From positions 1 through 37,763 of the IMG/VR virus record IMGVR_UViG_3300032190_000013: a DNA stretch of 37,763 nt. One strand, 5' to 3'. Shown piece by piece: positions 22,489 through 32,167 of this stretch. The position numbers were made by a program, and so were the translations under genes. The stretch's first letter is position 1; each line of letters starts with the position of its first letter. The notes under the pieces were generated by a model, which saw only the letters and a program-made list of their open reading frames with translations, was not told the origin of the DNA and did no database searches. This DNA is from a virus.

Positions 22489-23802
22489 TCACCCTCTTAA
22501 TGTCGCAGTTATTTGAATGGGGTTTCCCTTAACGGATAGCTTAGTTACTTTATAGGTTTTTCCGTCAAGCTGAACGTACATGCCTGCAAGCAAGAAGTCG
22601 TCTTCGAGGACTTCGATTTCGAGCTCCTCGGTAGCCGATAACCTAGCAAATAACAAACTAGCGACTCTCGTGGCTGCTGCTTCGCTGCTCGGGTCATCTG
22701 ATCTTATAGGTGTGTACAGTTCCACTCCGACTTCTACGTAGTACGCCGGAATATATGTCGCGGTTCCGCTCATCGAAACCTCGAAGACACAAGCCGCTGT
22801 TTTCTTAGCTACCGCTGCTAAGTGCGCGCTGTCTTTGTTTGCGAACCCGGAAATGTCAATGTTTATGTACCTATGAATCGATATGGTGTTTTGGTCTTCA
22901 ACAACGACAAAATCTTCCTTTGGTAGCGTGTCTTCGGTTAAAGCCTCAAAGTCGCTCGCGTTGAATATTACGGTTGAAGCTAACGCAACACCGTCTATTT
23001 TTGCTTCCTGAATTCCAGCCGCGCCGTCAACGTTGGAAAAATCCGGGTGCGTAACCGTCGCGCGGCAGTACCCGGTTAGATAGTTCCCGCTAACTTGAGC
23101 ATGAACAGCCCACTTGTTTGCCATCAGATTCCAAACTTTTGACGTACTAGCCAACGTTGTAACGGGAGGAGAATTCAAAGCTCCGTACAACCTGACACCG
23201 CTTACCGGGCTTAGGAACTTTGTACGCTTTGACAAGGGTGTAACAGTTCCGGGATAAGCCATAGGAGTTTCCAGCGCAATAAGTTCTTTCCCTGCATAGT
23301 CAACGAACGTGACGCAACCGAATACCCGCTCAAACAAATTCAAAGCGTCACGTCTTGTCTTGTGAGATTGAAATTCCCGGAACCTGTAATCCTCACCACT
23401 AACAGCTGAAACATCAAACGTGTATCCAGTTCCAGCAACGATGTCGTTTGCTACCTGCGAAACGGTGTAAGCGCCCGTTAAACTCCAGTAAGATAGCGAT
23501 ATTTCATCATCTAACCTTGCACTGAAGGTATCTTTGAACGAAATCTCATATTCTTTGTGGGAGAAATCCGTTTCTTTCTCGACTATGTCCGTGACCTCTA
23601 TTTCGGCAATGATTCCTTCAAAGTCATCGCTGATATACTTGAGCGTTAAAACATCACCTTTATTCAAAGGAAGCGAAGGAGACAGGATAACGAAAGATCC
23701 CTGATAACCTTCCGCTCCTGCCCTCGCTTCAAATGAAATCGATTCAATATTTAATTCTTCAGTTCCATTGAATACAGTCACTCGTGGAGTTATCTTAGCC
23801 AC
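22489..23802 (-). CDS. Distal tail protein (Dit-like)
   Basis: 437-aa ORF immediately after the tape measure gene. The GTG start overlaps the tape measure stop. Confidence 0.65.
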   Translation of the reverse strand: MAKITPRVTVFNGTEELNIESISFEARAGAEGYQGSFVILSPSLPLNKGDVLTLKYISDDFEGIIAEIEVTDIVEKETDFSHKEYEISFKDTFSARLDDEISLSYWSLTGAYTVSQVANDIVAGTGYTFDVSAVSGEDYRFREFQSHKTRRDALNLFERVFGCVTFVDYAGKELIALETPMAYPGTVTPLSKRTKFLSPVSGVRLYGALNSPPVTTLASTSKVWNLMANKWAVHAQVSGNYLTGYCRATVTHPDFSNVDGAAGIQEAKIDGVALASTVIFNASDFEALTEDTLPKEDFVVVEDQNTISIHRYINIDISGFANKDSAHLAAVAKKTAACVFEVSMSGTATYIPAYYVEVGVELYTPIRSDDPSSEAAATRVASLLFARLSATEELEIEVLEDDFLLAGMYVQLDGKTYKVTKLSVKGNPIQITATLRG

Positions 23803-26527
23803 TTAAACCAGCCTCCAACATGAGGGCTTCCTTTGCAGCGTCGTTTATGCGTTTCAAGGTCTCGCTTACATCTACGTTCTTTTCAACGTTTACGTTTATG
23901 TCTATGTCGTACACTTTCTTCGTTTCTATCTTCGGGATCCTGAAGCCGTCTTTGATAATTCCCAACTTATCGAGTACTGCCAGAATTCCGTTTAGCCCCT
24001 TTATGAACAGGTTTATCAATCCAACCATGCCATCAAGAGCCATCTGTGCGATTTTAGAAATACCAATCCAGAGCTTTTTCCAGAAGTTGGCAAAGCCCTG
24101 CCATGCTGCAAAGAAGAAGTCGATTACAGGCTTGACTACCTTAACAATAGCTCCCCAAACTGCTTTGAACACGGAAATTATCCCGTGCATAATTGTTTGG
24201 ATAGTTTTTCCGATGCCTTGCCAACCGCGCTTTATCCAATCGATGGCAGTCATAACGATGCTGAGTAGTTTATCCCAAACAGCTTTTACAAAGCTAACTA
24301 TCGGCTCCCAAACTTTCATCGTGAATTCAGCAACCTCAAGAGCTTTGCCTTTGATTGCGTCCCACATTGTTGCAGCGAAGCCTTTTATCTTCTCAAAAGC
24401 GCTTCCGAAGAACGAAACGAAACCGTTGAGGCCTTCATACCAGAACTTCCAAACACCAGCGCCAACAGCCTTAACTCCACTCCATGCCTTTTTGGCTATA
24501 TCTGAAATGCCACCCCATAGGCTGGAGAAGAAGCCTTTGATTCCAGACCATACAACTTTGATTTTTCCGGCTGCGTCGCCAGCAAACGTTATGATCTTCT
24601 TCCATATTCCAGCGAAGAACGAAACTATTCCGCTCCACAAAGTGGTAATAGCACCATATAAGGTCTTAAATACGTTGAACCAGCTATTGAGTTCCGAGCC
24701 CAGAGTTTTGCGAATTCCGTTCCATATTCCAGCGAAGAAATCTTTAAGTCCCTGCCAGAACTTCTGGAAGAAGTTTCCAACACCCTGCCACAAAGAAACG
24801 AAGAAGTTAGCAACGCCTTCCCATGCAACTTTAACTCCGTCCCAAACGGTTGTGGCAACCTGTTTGACCCAGCTAAATGCAGCCGTAGCTTTCTCAGTTA
24901 GAGTGTTCCAAAAGCCTGTGAAGAAACCTGCGACAGCGTTCCAAACAGCTTTTATGCCACTCCAAAGATCCTCAAATCCTTTCTTTATTGCTGGCCATAC
25001 TTTGTCCCAGTTAACCGCAAGCAAAACAATTGCAGCTGTTATCCCCGCTATTGCCAAAGCGACAGGATTCGTGGCTGTGAAAACGAATAAGGTTTTCAGC
25101 TGTCCGATGGCTGCGATAACAAATGTTTTGATGTTGGCTCCAAGCGTAGCCAAAGCAGAAACTCCAGCGGAAGCGAATGTCTTGAGCGCAGTAACTACTT
25201 GACCCACAATTCCCTTGAGTGGTGCTATCGTAGAACCGAACGATTTGAATACAGGTCCGATAGTTGGAATTGACTTTGCAATAGCACTAAGCACCGCGGC
25301 AAACTCTTTGAACGTGGCTATCATTTTGAGGAAAGAGCCTATTATAATGGCTGACGTACCACCAACTAACAGCAACGTTGATGAGAAAACTGTTAGTTTG
25401 GTTATCGCGCCCTTTATCGGTGCTGGTAGGTTAGAGAACCAGTCAACGACAGCCTTTATCTTTCCGATTATGTCTTTCAACGCCGGAGCTAATTGCTCCA
25501 TGAACACAACCGCAAGTTTTTCTATACTTGAGACGAGAAGCCTGAATTGACCCGCAACAGAATCAAGCTGGATTTTTTTCATTTCAGCCGCTGCACCTGT
25601 GGAATTTTTAAGCGCATTCTCGAATTCAAGTAATTGACCGCTGCCTTTGTTAATCAAAATTCCGATAGCTGAACCAGCTTCCTGCCCGAATAATGCCATA
25701 GCTTTTGCCATATCAACGCCGTGAGCCCTTAGAGTGTCAACAATCTCAGCAAGAGAGTGCATTTTCGGGTTGATGTCTTCAGCGGAAAGCCCCATAGCCT
25801 CTAGCGCGGTTAGAGCTGATTCAGTCGGTGCGATTAGCTGGTTTATCGCGCCCCTGAGATATGTACCTGCCTGGGAACCGTGCAAACCGGCCTTTTCAAG
25901 AGTCATGAGGGCTGCGACTGTTTCTTCAATGCTTTTCCCGATACCAGACATCGCTGGTCCAGCGTAGAGCAATCCCTGAACAAGCCTGTCTAATCTTTCC
26001 GGAGACTTTCCGACTGCCTTAGCGAAAATATCGACAACCTTAGCAGTTTGCGATGCGTGTATTTCAAACTTTGACATTGTATCCGAAACCAATTCCGCAG
26101 CCATAGCTAGATCTCCACCCATAGCTTCAGCAAGGTCCGCAATCGGTCCGAGCATGTTTTTGATTTCATCTACACCCATGCCAGCGCTAGCGAGGTTATA
26201 CGCCGCTTGAGCTATCTGCTGGGTGGTGAATGAAGATTCCTCAGCCACTTTCATTGAGAAGTCCCACAGGCTGCGAAAGTCTTGCTCTGTAGCTCCAAGA
26301 ACTGATTGAACATTCTTCATCTGTTGCTCGAAATCAGCATATGTTTTCATGGCAAGGCCAATGGGGGCCGCCATTGCAGCCCCCATTGCTGTCATCTGAA
26401 GTCCTACGCTTTGAAACACAGAGCCTATTCTCTTCAATTGTTGTGTTTGCTGTTCTATCTTTTTTAACTCATTCGAGGCAAGGTCAACCGCTCGAATGAT
26501 GAGTCTTAGTTCCGCTGCTTGAGCCAT
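23795..26527 (-). CDS. Tape measure protein
   Basis: 910 aa from ATG 26527 (RBS AAGGAGG). Has an N-terminal coiled coil, hydrophobic segments and a long array of roughly 11-residue W/F repeats (e.g. FFTGFWNTL, FFVSLWQGV, FFQKFWQGL). Confidence 0.9.
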   Translation of the reverse strand: MAQAAELRLIIRAVDLASNELKKIEQQTQQLKRIGSVFQSVGLQMTAMGAAMAAPIGLAMKTYADFEQQMKNVQSVLGATEQDFRSLWDFSMKVAEESSFTTQQIAQAAYNLASAGMGVDEIKNMLGPIADLAEAMGGDLAMAAELVSDTMSKFEIHASQTAKVVDIFAKAVGKSPERLDRLVQGLLYAGPAMSGIGKSIEETVAALMTLEKAGLHGSQAGTYLRGAINQLIAPTESALTALEAMGLSAEDINPKMHSLAEIVDTLRAHGVDMAKAMALFGQEAGSAIGILINKGSGQLLEFENALKNSTGAAAEMKKIQLDSVAGQFRLLVSSIEKLAVVFMEQLAPALKDIIGKIKAVVDWFSNLPAPIKGAITKLTVFSSTLLLVGGTSAIIIGSFLKMIATFKEFAAVLSAIAKSIPTIGPVFKSFGSTIAPLKGIVGQVVTALKTFASAGVSALATLGANIKTFVIAAIGQLKTLFVFTATNPVALAIAGITAAIVLLAVNWDKVWPAIKKGFEDLWSGIKAVWNAVAGFFTGFWNTLTEKATAAFSWVKQVATTVWDGVKVAWEGVANFFVSLWQGVGNFFQKFWQGLKDFFAGIWNGIRKTLGSELNSWFNVFKTLYGAITTLWSGIVSFFAGIWKKIITFAGDAAGKIKVVWSGIKGFFSSLWGGISDIAKKAWSGVKAVGAGVWKFWYEGLNGFVSFFGSAFEKIKGFAATMWDAIKGKALEVAEFTMKVWEPIVSFVKAVWDKLLSIVMTAIDWIKRGWQGIGKTIQTIMHGIISVFKAVWGAIVKVVKPVIDFFFAAWQGFANFWKKLWIGISKIAQMALDGMVGLINLFIKGLNGILAVLDKLGIIKDGFRIPKIETKKVYDIDINVNVEKNVDVSETLKRINDAAKEALMLEAGLSG

Positions 26528-26729
26528 AAAGCAACTCCTCCTTAGCAAGGAGCACGAAAAATTCCGTTTTCATAGGGGTATTAATTCCCCAAGGTAGATC
26601 GTTGTGATTCATTGCATATGCCGCAAGATACAGGTAAATGATCCCGTCACCTCTGCCTGCCTTTACCTCTTGCCTTACCTTCGCTATCTCCTGTGGAGTT
26701 GCGAAAGTTGAGCGTAACGATTTCCGGTA
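26484..26729 (-). CDS. Open +1-frame extension downstream of or overlapping the tail chaperone gene (gpT-like part of a frameshift product)
   Basis: The frame is open from 26729 to the stop at 26484-26486. It encodes ...GRGDGIIYLYLAAYAMNHNDLPWGINTPMKTEFFVLLAKEELLYG... and fills the otherwise non-coding 119-nt gap before the tape measure gene. Confidence 0.35.
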   Translation of the reverse strand, partial: YRKSLRSTFATPQEIAKVRQEVKAGRGDGIIYLYLAAYAMNHNDLPWGINTPMKTEFFVLLAKEELLYGSSSGTKTHHSSG

Positions 26730-27015
26730 TCAAAGCAAACACGTCCATAGCAAACAGCTTGTCGAGAAGTTTATCGGGAGTAAATTCTTCCTCTAAGTTC
26801 CAACCTGCAACTGAGGCTTTGATTACCTCGAGCAATTTCTTTGTGTCTTCTTCGGTGAGGTTTGCGTCTTTCATGGACGCGATTTTTTGGAACTTCTCAT
26901 TTAAGCTGGTTAAAGCCATGAGAACATGCAGATTCCTTGCGGTTAGTGGTTTAAGGTAAATCGTTATTCCTGAATCTAGCTTGACTTCTTTTTTGTAATC
27001 AGGCGTTATAACCAT
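26647..27015 (-). CDS. Tail assembly chaperone (gpG-like)
   Basis: 122-aa acidic ORF between the major tail protein and tape measure genes. RBS aaggagggaaactATG. Confidence 0.7.
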   Translation of the reverse strand: MVITPDYKKEVKLDSGITIYLKPLTARNLHVLMALTSLNEKFQKIASMKDANLTEEDTKKLLEVIKASVAGWNLEEEFTPDKLLDKLFAMDVFALIPEIVTLNFRNSTGDSEGKARGKGRQR

Positions 27016-27026
27016 AGTTTCCCTCC

Positions 27027-28067
27027 TTATGAATTAGCAACAACCAGAGATTCAGCATCGAAGTTGACGGGAATCTCGATAGGAGAATCAGCAGAAATAT
27101 CCGCAGAGGCTTCACTTGCTACCATTCCGGTCATTGTAAGTCGAATAGTCACAGTTGGGCTTGATGGATCATCCTGGAAAACAGCCTCGAACGTAAATTT
27201 CGGATCAGACTGAACCCTGGCTCCTAACAGTAGATCTCTCAAGCTGCTACTTGGAGACAACGTTATGTTCCCGGAGTAATTGAACGAGCTCTTTGAAAAG
27301 TCCTGTGGGTCAAGATTTGTTCCCCTGACAGCGGTAACGTCTCTCTCTGCATTAAGCTCAAACGCCGTAACTTGGTTTGTACTTCCATCGAAGCTGATGG
27401 TGGAGTCAGCAAGGACAAAGAACGTTCCGGGGTCAGTCATTGCCTCAATACTTGTGCCGTACTCATAATCAACCGTGATACTGGTTGTTGGAGCGGTAGC
27501 AAGCGTGAATTCCCCTGTTTCGTAGTCAATTGCGCCCCCGTCTGAAAGCGTGCCATCCCCATTATCTGTGATGGCGGAAACTCCATCAATGAGAGCGGAG
27601 AATGAGCCAGCTACAATCGGTGTATTTGCGGTTGTGAATGTTTTATTGGTTCCATCAATGGTGCCACTGGGTACTTCGTCATCAACTGAGATGGTCAGCT
27701 TTTTAAGCCCCTTCCCTTGGAAGGAAGCTTTGAATTGAAGTGTATCGTCTTCGGAACATGATATGCCTAACGTTTCGATAACGGCTTCCTGAAGAGCATG
27801 GTCGTGCACCTGAATGTCAAAAACTGAGGCAGGGTCTAGTGCAGCAATCAGGAAATCGGCTTTGGTGACATCCCCACTAACATCAATCTTGTACGAATGC
27901 GCTTTGATTCTCTTTTTTACAATTCCACCGATTCCCTTTCTCTCCTGAACTTCCGTGGCAACATTTGGAGAGAATGAATCATATATTGCAGATGGTGTTA
28001 CGTCCGTAGGAGTACCTAAAGGATCGAGAATTATCTTAGCGTTAACTGTGCTTCCATGAAGCGCCAT
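27027..28067 (-). CDS. Major tail (tube) protein with an inserted or appended Ig-like segment
   Basis: 346-aa ORF directly upstream of the chaperone and tape measure genes. The segment DGTNKTFTTANTPIVAGSFSALIDGV is Ig-like. No sheath gene is present. Confidence 0.7.
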   Translation of the reverse strand: MALHGSTVNAKIILDPLGTPTDVTPSAIYDSFSPNVATEVQERKGIGGIVKKRIKAHSYKIDVSGDVTKADFLIAALDPASVFDIQVHDHALQEAVIETLGISCSEDDTLQFKASFQGKGLKKLTISVDDEVPSGTIDGTNKTFTTANTPIVAGSFSALIDGVSAITDNGDGTLSDGGAIDYETGEFTLATAPTTSITVDYEYGTSIEAMTDPGTFFVLADSTISFDGSTNQVTAFELNAERDVTAVRGTNLDPQDFSKSSFNYSGNITLSPSSSLRDLLLGARVQSDPKFTFEAVFQDDPSSPTVTIRLTMTGMVASEASADISADSPIEIPVNFDAESLVVANS

Positions 28068-28081
28068 TTAACATCACTCCT

Positions 28082-28693
28082 TTATCTCACTCTCACTTGC
28101 AGTCTGATGGTTGTGGAATAGATCACGAATTCATCACCATATGCTTGGAGATTATAGGTTTCGCTTATAGGTAAGATGAACGCACTTTTCCTGATGTAGC
28201 TCGATTGGTCAATGTCATAGCTGTAAAAGGCTCTAGTGGTCGGGCAATACTTTCCGAACATTTCAGCGAACCGATAGAGCACGTCTTTATCTGCTTCTTG
28301 CCATGATGAGTACACGAATGCAGTTACATCAACGTACAGCGCGCTCTTGGATTGCATGCTGATATATTCCCCTTCCGGGGAATTTACTGGCATAACTACT
28401 ACAGCAGGCATTTGAGCTGCAAGTTCTTCAGCTTTGGGGATATACTTAATTACAGTAATCGATTCTGGTAGCGTTTCTTTGTTTTCCGTGAATGTGTTGC
28501 CTTCGACCGTGCCCTGCCCGTCATGAACGATTTCGGTGTATCCTCCAAAATCGACTTCGTAAACTCCTTCTGTTACTGTTCTGATGATAGTTCCGGTTCT
28601 GGGTGGCAGGGAGTTAAAAATTGAAGCGTATTCGCTCCACTTCTCTTTTATGAACGTTATAACTGCGTCTATAATCCTTTCTCTTTCAATCAT
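28082..28693 (-). CDS. Head-tail joining / tail terminator region protein (203 aa)
   Basis: Called from position only. ATGA overlap with the upstream gene. Confidence 0.5.
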   Translation of the reverse strand: MIERERIIDAVITFIKEKWSEYASIFNSLPPRTGTIIRTVTEGVYEVDFGGYTEIVHDGQGTVEGNTFTENKETLPESITVIKYIPKAEELAAQMPAVVVMPVNSPEGEYISMQSKSALYVDVTAFVYSSWQEADKDVLYRFAEMFGKYCPTTRAFYSYDIDQSSYIRKSAFILPISETYNLQAYGDEFVIYSTTIRLQVRVR

Positions 28694-29106
28694 TTTTCGA
28701 GATACCTCCTAAGCACGTCCACAATCATTGGCATATCAGAATCCGGAACTACAAGGAACGGACGTGCTGGCATCTTCCTGGTTCCGAATTGGAGATATTT
28801 GGCATATTTCATTGGAGTCGCGACTTCTGCATGATTGTGGCTGTAATTTTCATGGATAGAGCGCCTTAACGTTCCGCTGTCAACTAAAATCGGAGGTAAT
28901 GTCCCGTGTCTTCGTCTTTTGCTAGCAATTGTCGAAGGCGCTAACGGAGCCCACTTTTTTGGTCTTCCTTCAGCGTCAAAGTTTTTCATAACAATTCTGT
29001 GCAGGATGATACTGACTGCCTGCATTGCAGGCGTGAGATTCTTCAGTTGCGAGCCTTTTTCCTTGAGAAGCTTTCTTACTTCAGCATCATCAATAATTAC
29101 CTCCAT
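28690..29106 (-). CDS. Virion morphogenesis / tail completion protein (Mu gpG / HK97 gp10-like)
   Basis: FDAEGRPKKWAPLAPSTIASKRRRHGTLPPILVDSGTLRRSI matches the pattern of this family. Confidence 0.65.
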   Translation of the reverse strand: MEVIIDDAEVRKLLKEKGSQLKNLTPAMQAVSIILHRIVMKNFDAEGRPKKWAPLAPSTIASKRRRHGTLPPILVDSGTLRRSIHENYSHNHAEVATPMKYAKYLQFGTRKMPARPFLVVPDSDMPMIVDVLRRYLEK

Positions 29107-29109
29107 AGC

Positions 29110-29451
29110 TCACCACTTCTCTATCTCTTCGTCTGTGATCTGCTGTTCAACGGATTCGATTATCGTTTCTGGGATATACTCTTCCTTCTTCTCGTACTTT
29201 TCCTTTATCCGTAAAAAGTTGCTCATTATAGAACTTCCTAATTCCTGATATCCCGCAGCTGTTATTACTTGTGCTCTTGCATACATGGAGGCTAGGGCTT
29301 CTTTGAATTCCTGAGAAGCGTCTATATCAGATAAAAGAGCTACGCCTTCTTCAGCGTAGCTCCTTATCTGGTCATAAGTTTCCTCAGACGCCCCTAGACT
29401 TTTTCGAACGCTTGCAGGAAGTGATTGAAAGATTGCAACTTCATCTATCAT
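29110..29451 (-). CDS. Head-tail connector / head completion protein (113 aa)
   Basis: Called from its position right after the major capsid gene. Confidence 0.5.
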   Translation of the reverse strand: MIDEVAIFQSLPASVRKSLGASEETYDQIRSYAEEGVALLSDIDASQEFKEALASMYARAQVITAAGYQELGSSIMSNFLRIKEKYEKKEEYIPETIIESVEQQITDEEIEKW

Positions 29452-29466
29452 ACGGGCTCACCGCCC

Positions 29467-30456
29467 TTAGACAGTTATCTCAGCTATTACAATCCCGGGA
29501 GCGTGAGTGATTATTGGGAGTGGGTGAGATTCAGCGAGAATTATACGACCTCTGGGATCTTTGGATTCCCAGGAATCTGAGAAGATCTCGGCGGGATATG
29601 GTCCGTTTTCAACAAATGCGGAAGCGAAGAGAGGCTTCCATACGTTTGGAACAGTTAGACAGACTTTTGGTGTTGATCCTTGGAGTTTAATTTCGGAACC
29701 GTCTTCGCCTTTGACAGTTTCGTCAAATTCGTAAATATCAATGCCAAGAAGCCTTCCGATGTAGGAACCCTTTATAGCTACGCTCCCGAAATCCATTCTT
29801 CTGTTGTCAAGCTTTTCTTTGACTTCTTCGCTTGCAAGGAACGCGTCAACAGCATCGGGAGTCATGAATGCAACGTTTGGAGTGAACCCAATTTGTCTTT
29901 CAACGAGTTTCTTCCATTTTCTAAGATCTTTGAGCGGGGTGGAAGTTGAGGGATCACTCCAGTCAGATGTGACTTTGTTGACGTCTGGTATCTGGAAGTC
30001 AAAGCTGAATGATGTGTGCTCACCGTTGTAAACAATTTTTCCGGTTAGAAGTAGCTGAGCTGCCATGTACTCTATACTGTTGTAAATCCTATCTTTCTGT
30101 CTGGCCTGAATCCTGGCAATCTTTCTTCTGAGTACGTCTTTCGCTGGACCTTCGAGGCTATCGCCAGGAAGCCTTTGAGTCCAAGCGCTATCATATACAA
30201 GCGGATCTTTGAACTTTATGGTTGGAGGCTCAATTTCATAATGTTTGTAGTTAGTGCTCTTGGTTGGTACGGCCGGGCTTTCCCTTTCAACAAAGGGAGC
30301 GAGTACGGGTTCGGAGATTTCGAGGTCAAACTCGATTGTCTTTCCAGCGAAAACGTCTTCTTTCCCTTTTAACAAGGTGTCGTATAAAAGCCTCGGAGAA
30401 GGTTGAATCTGGTTAATTGCCGCGGTCAGAGTTCTGTAGTGGAAAAGGTCAGCCAT
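29467..30456 (-). CDS. Major capsid protein, lambda gpE-like family
   Basis: 329 aa. KEKLDNRRMDFGS and the C-terminal ESHPLPIITHAPGIVIAEITV parallel lambda gpE (KEKLDTRRGSNSE ... SAPLMLLADPDEFVSVQLA). RBS ggagggatagagaATG. Confidence 0.85.
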   Translation of the reverse strand: MADLFHYRTLTAAINQIQPSPRLLYDTLLKGKEDVFAGKTIEFDLEISEPVLAPFVERESPAVPTKSTNYKHYEIEPPTIKFKDPLVYDSAWTQRLPGDSLEGPAKDVLRRKIARIQARQKDRIYNSIEYMAAQLLLTGKIVYNGEHTSFSFDFQIPDVNKVTSDWSDPSTSTPLKDLRKWKKLVERQIGFTPNVAFMTPDAVDAFLASEEVKEKLDNRRMDFGSVAIKGSYIGRLLGIDIYEFDETVKGEDGSEIKLQGSTPKVCLTVPNVWKPLFASAFVENGPYPAEIFSDSWESKDPRGRIILAESHPLPIITHAPGIVIAEITV

Positions 30457-30469
30457 TCTCTATCCCTCC

Positions 30470-31018
30470 TTAGTACTGAGTTTTGACCCAAACACGGCTG
30501 GAGAACTCCTGATATTCGTAATTGCCAGCCAAACCATCTGGCAAAGCGATATCAAGAGCGTCAAGGTTTTCAAGCCCGTCTTTAAGAACTATTCCGTGCA
30601 CAAGAATTGGTGCGCTTGTGTTAGCTTCAACATCGATGAGAAGCACACCGATAGGAGCTCCAGCATCAACAGCGCAAACACTATCGCCAGCAGCGCAGGT
30701 AATAGCGGTGTCAAGGGTGATGATGTTGGTCTCAATGTTAACAGCCGTAACGACGTATGCCTGCGTAGCAGCTCCAATCCAAACTGAATCGCCAACAGCG
30801 AACAGGGAAGCGTCAGCAACGGGAATGTCGGTCGCAGCAGTAGTGACGTCAGCTGTTACAGTTGTTCTAGCAAGTTTTCTTCCACCCTTACCAATAATCG
30901 TGCCGGCTTTAAGAGCGACATTGTTCACTATGTTAATTGCGACCGACTGCCTCACGGGTGGATGGGAAAGATCAAGCAAGTTTTTGAAATTGCTTTCAGT
31001 CACGGTCATCTTTGCCAT
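30470..31018 (-). CDS. Head decoration-type protein (182 aa)
   Basis: Ala/Val/Thr-rich beta-type protein between the scaffold/protease and the gpE-like capsid gene, which is the usual place for gpD/DUF2190-type proteins. Confidence 0.6.
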   Translation of the reverse strand: MAKMTVTESNFKNLLDLSHPPVRQSVAINIVNNVALKAGTIIGKGGRKLARTTVTADVTTAATDIPVADASLFAVGDSVWIGAATQAYVVTAVNIETNIITLDTAITCAAGDSVCAVDAGAPIGVLLIDVEANTSAPILVHGIVLKDGLENLDALDIALPDGLAGNYEYQEFSSRVWVKTQY

Positions 31019-31033
31019 GCGTCATTACCTCCT

Positions 31034-32167
31034 TTACTTTGCATATTTGGCAATTTCTTTTCCTTCTTCTTCGTAGGAATTGGCAGGTTCTTCAGAACCA
31101 GCCTGCCCGGTCTGGATCTTAGGCATGGCTGCGAGAACTTCATCAAACTTTTTCAGATCGTCTTCAGATTCTGAGAGCTTCTTGAACTTGTCGATCACCG
31201 CTGGTGCTACGCCTTTAGCAATCCATGCTTTTCCCCATGCCTCTTTTCTTTCTTCAAACAGCTTGGCTTCTTTTTCTTCCAGTTCTTTCTTTACCTCAGC
31301 TAATTCTTGTTCAAGCTTGACTTTTGCTTCTTCCAGGGCTTTGAACTGTTCAGACAACTGTTTCTTTTCGTTTTCAACGTCTTCGAGTTTCTTACGTGCT
31401 TCCTCGTAAAGTTCTTTGAAGTCCATATCATCGACCTCCTTGTCGTCAAATTTATAAAGGTCCTCAGGTAAGTTTTCCGAGAACGCTGTTATTGGAGTCA
31501 TTGAAGGGTGTGCCGGGGTGTTGGTAAGTGCAACTCCGAGAATGACGCCACCAGCATCTTTTCCGGAGTCTTTGTCTAGATAATGGTCAACAAATTCCGC
31601 TGAGAGGTACTTGAACTTCTTTCGTTTGATGAGATCTTTACCCTCATCATCTGGAACTATGAACGCCCACAGGCCGTCGTCCCTGACTTCGACCTTCTTA
31701 ATAGCGCCGTATGCTTTCCTGTCATCGTGCCCAAGATAGAGCGATGGTTCGTAGTGTGGGATACCTTTTTGGAAATTGTCAGCCATCTGCTGAACAAGTT
31801 CGCGCGTGATGTTGATAACGCCGTAGCGCGGATGATAAAACTTTTTGATAGGAAGGATGTTATGCCAGAATCCTCCTTCAGTTTCGAGTTCATCGAACGC
31901 TATGACGTTTATGAGTGAATCAGATTCTTCAACCTTGCAGTATTCCTCATACAGCCTGCGTGCTTTTGCTTCGACGCTTGAATATCCATACTGAGCCGCG
32001 CGCGTGATTGCTGCTCTTACGAGGTTACAATTCAACGAACCATCTTTGTTTTTGATAGGGAACTTACGTTCTCCTGGTAAAAGAAAAAAGCCCGCCGGGG
32101 CTTTTTTCCTTTCTTCTTCGCTTCGTATCCACTTGATTTGCGAGATGGGTATATTACGAACTTCCAT
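31034..32167 (-). CDS. Prohead protease/scaffold fusion (Mu gpI-like N-terminal region plus coiled-coil C-terminus)
   Basis: LYLGHDDRKAYGAIKKVEVRDDGLWA...KYLSAEF...LGVALTNTPAHPSM resembles Mu I protease. The C-terminus is heptad-rich (KELYEEARKKLEDVENEKKQLSEQFKALEEAKVKLEQELAEVKKELEEKE). Confidence 0.7.
   Translation of the reverse strand: MEVRNIPISQIKWIRSEEERKKAPAGFFLLPGERKFPIKNKDGSLNCNLVRAAITRAAQYGYSSVEAKARRLYEEYCKVEESDSLINVIAFDELETEGGFWHNILPIKKFYHPRYGVINITRELVQQMADNFQKGIPHYEPSLYLGHDDRKAYGAIKKVEVRDDGLWAFIVPDDEGKDLIKRKKFKYLSAEFVDHYLDKDSGKDAGGVILGVALTNTPAHPSMTPITAFSENLPEDLYKFDDKEVDDMDFKELYEEARKKLEDVENEKKQLSEQFKALEEAKVKLEQELAEVKKELEEKEAKLFEERKEAWGKAWIAKGVAPAVIDKFKKLSESEDDLKKFDEVLAAMPKIQTGQAGSEEPANSYEEEGKEIAKYAK

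Noticed and set aside
23820-25202. 460-aa plus-strand ORF (plus 25215-25550 and 25734-25967) opposite the tape measure gene
   Set aside because: It is a shadow ORF antisense to a repeat-rich gene. The composition is low-complexity and Ser/Pro/Thr/Phe-rich, there is no SD, and the minus-strand frame has clear tape measure features and operon context.
30522-31076. 184-aa plus-strand ORF opposite the decoration-protein gene, and similar plus-strand ORFs across the late region (e.g. 16047-16321, 16920-17159, 20008-20304)
   Set aside because: All are antisense to well-supported, translationally coupled minus-strand genes, lack an SD, and have biased composition.
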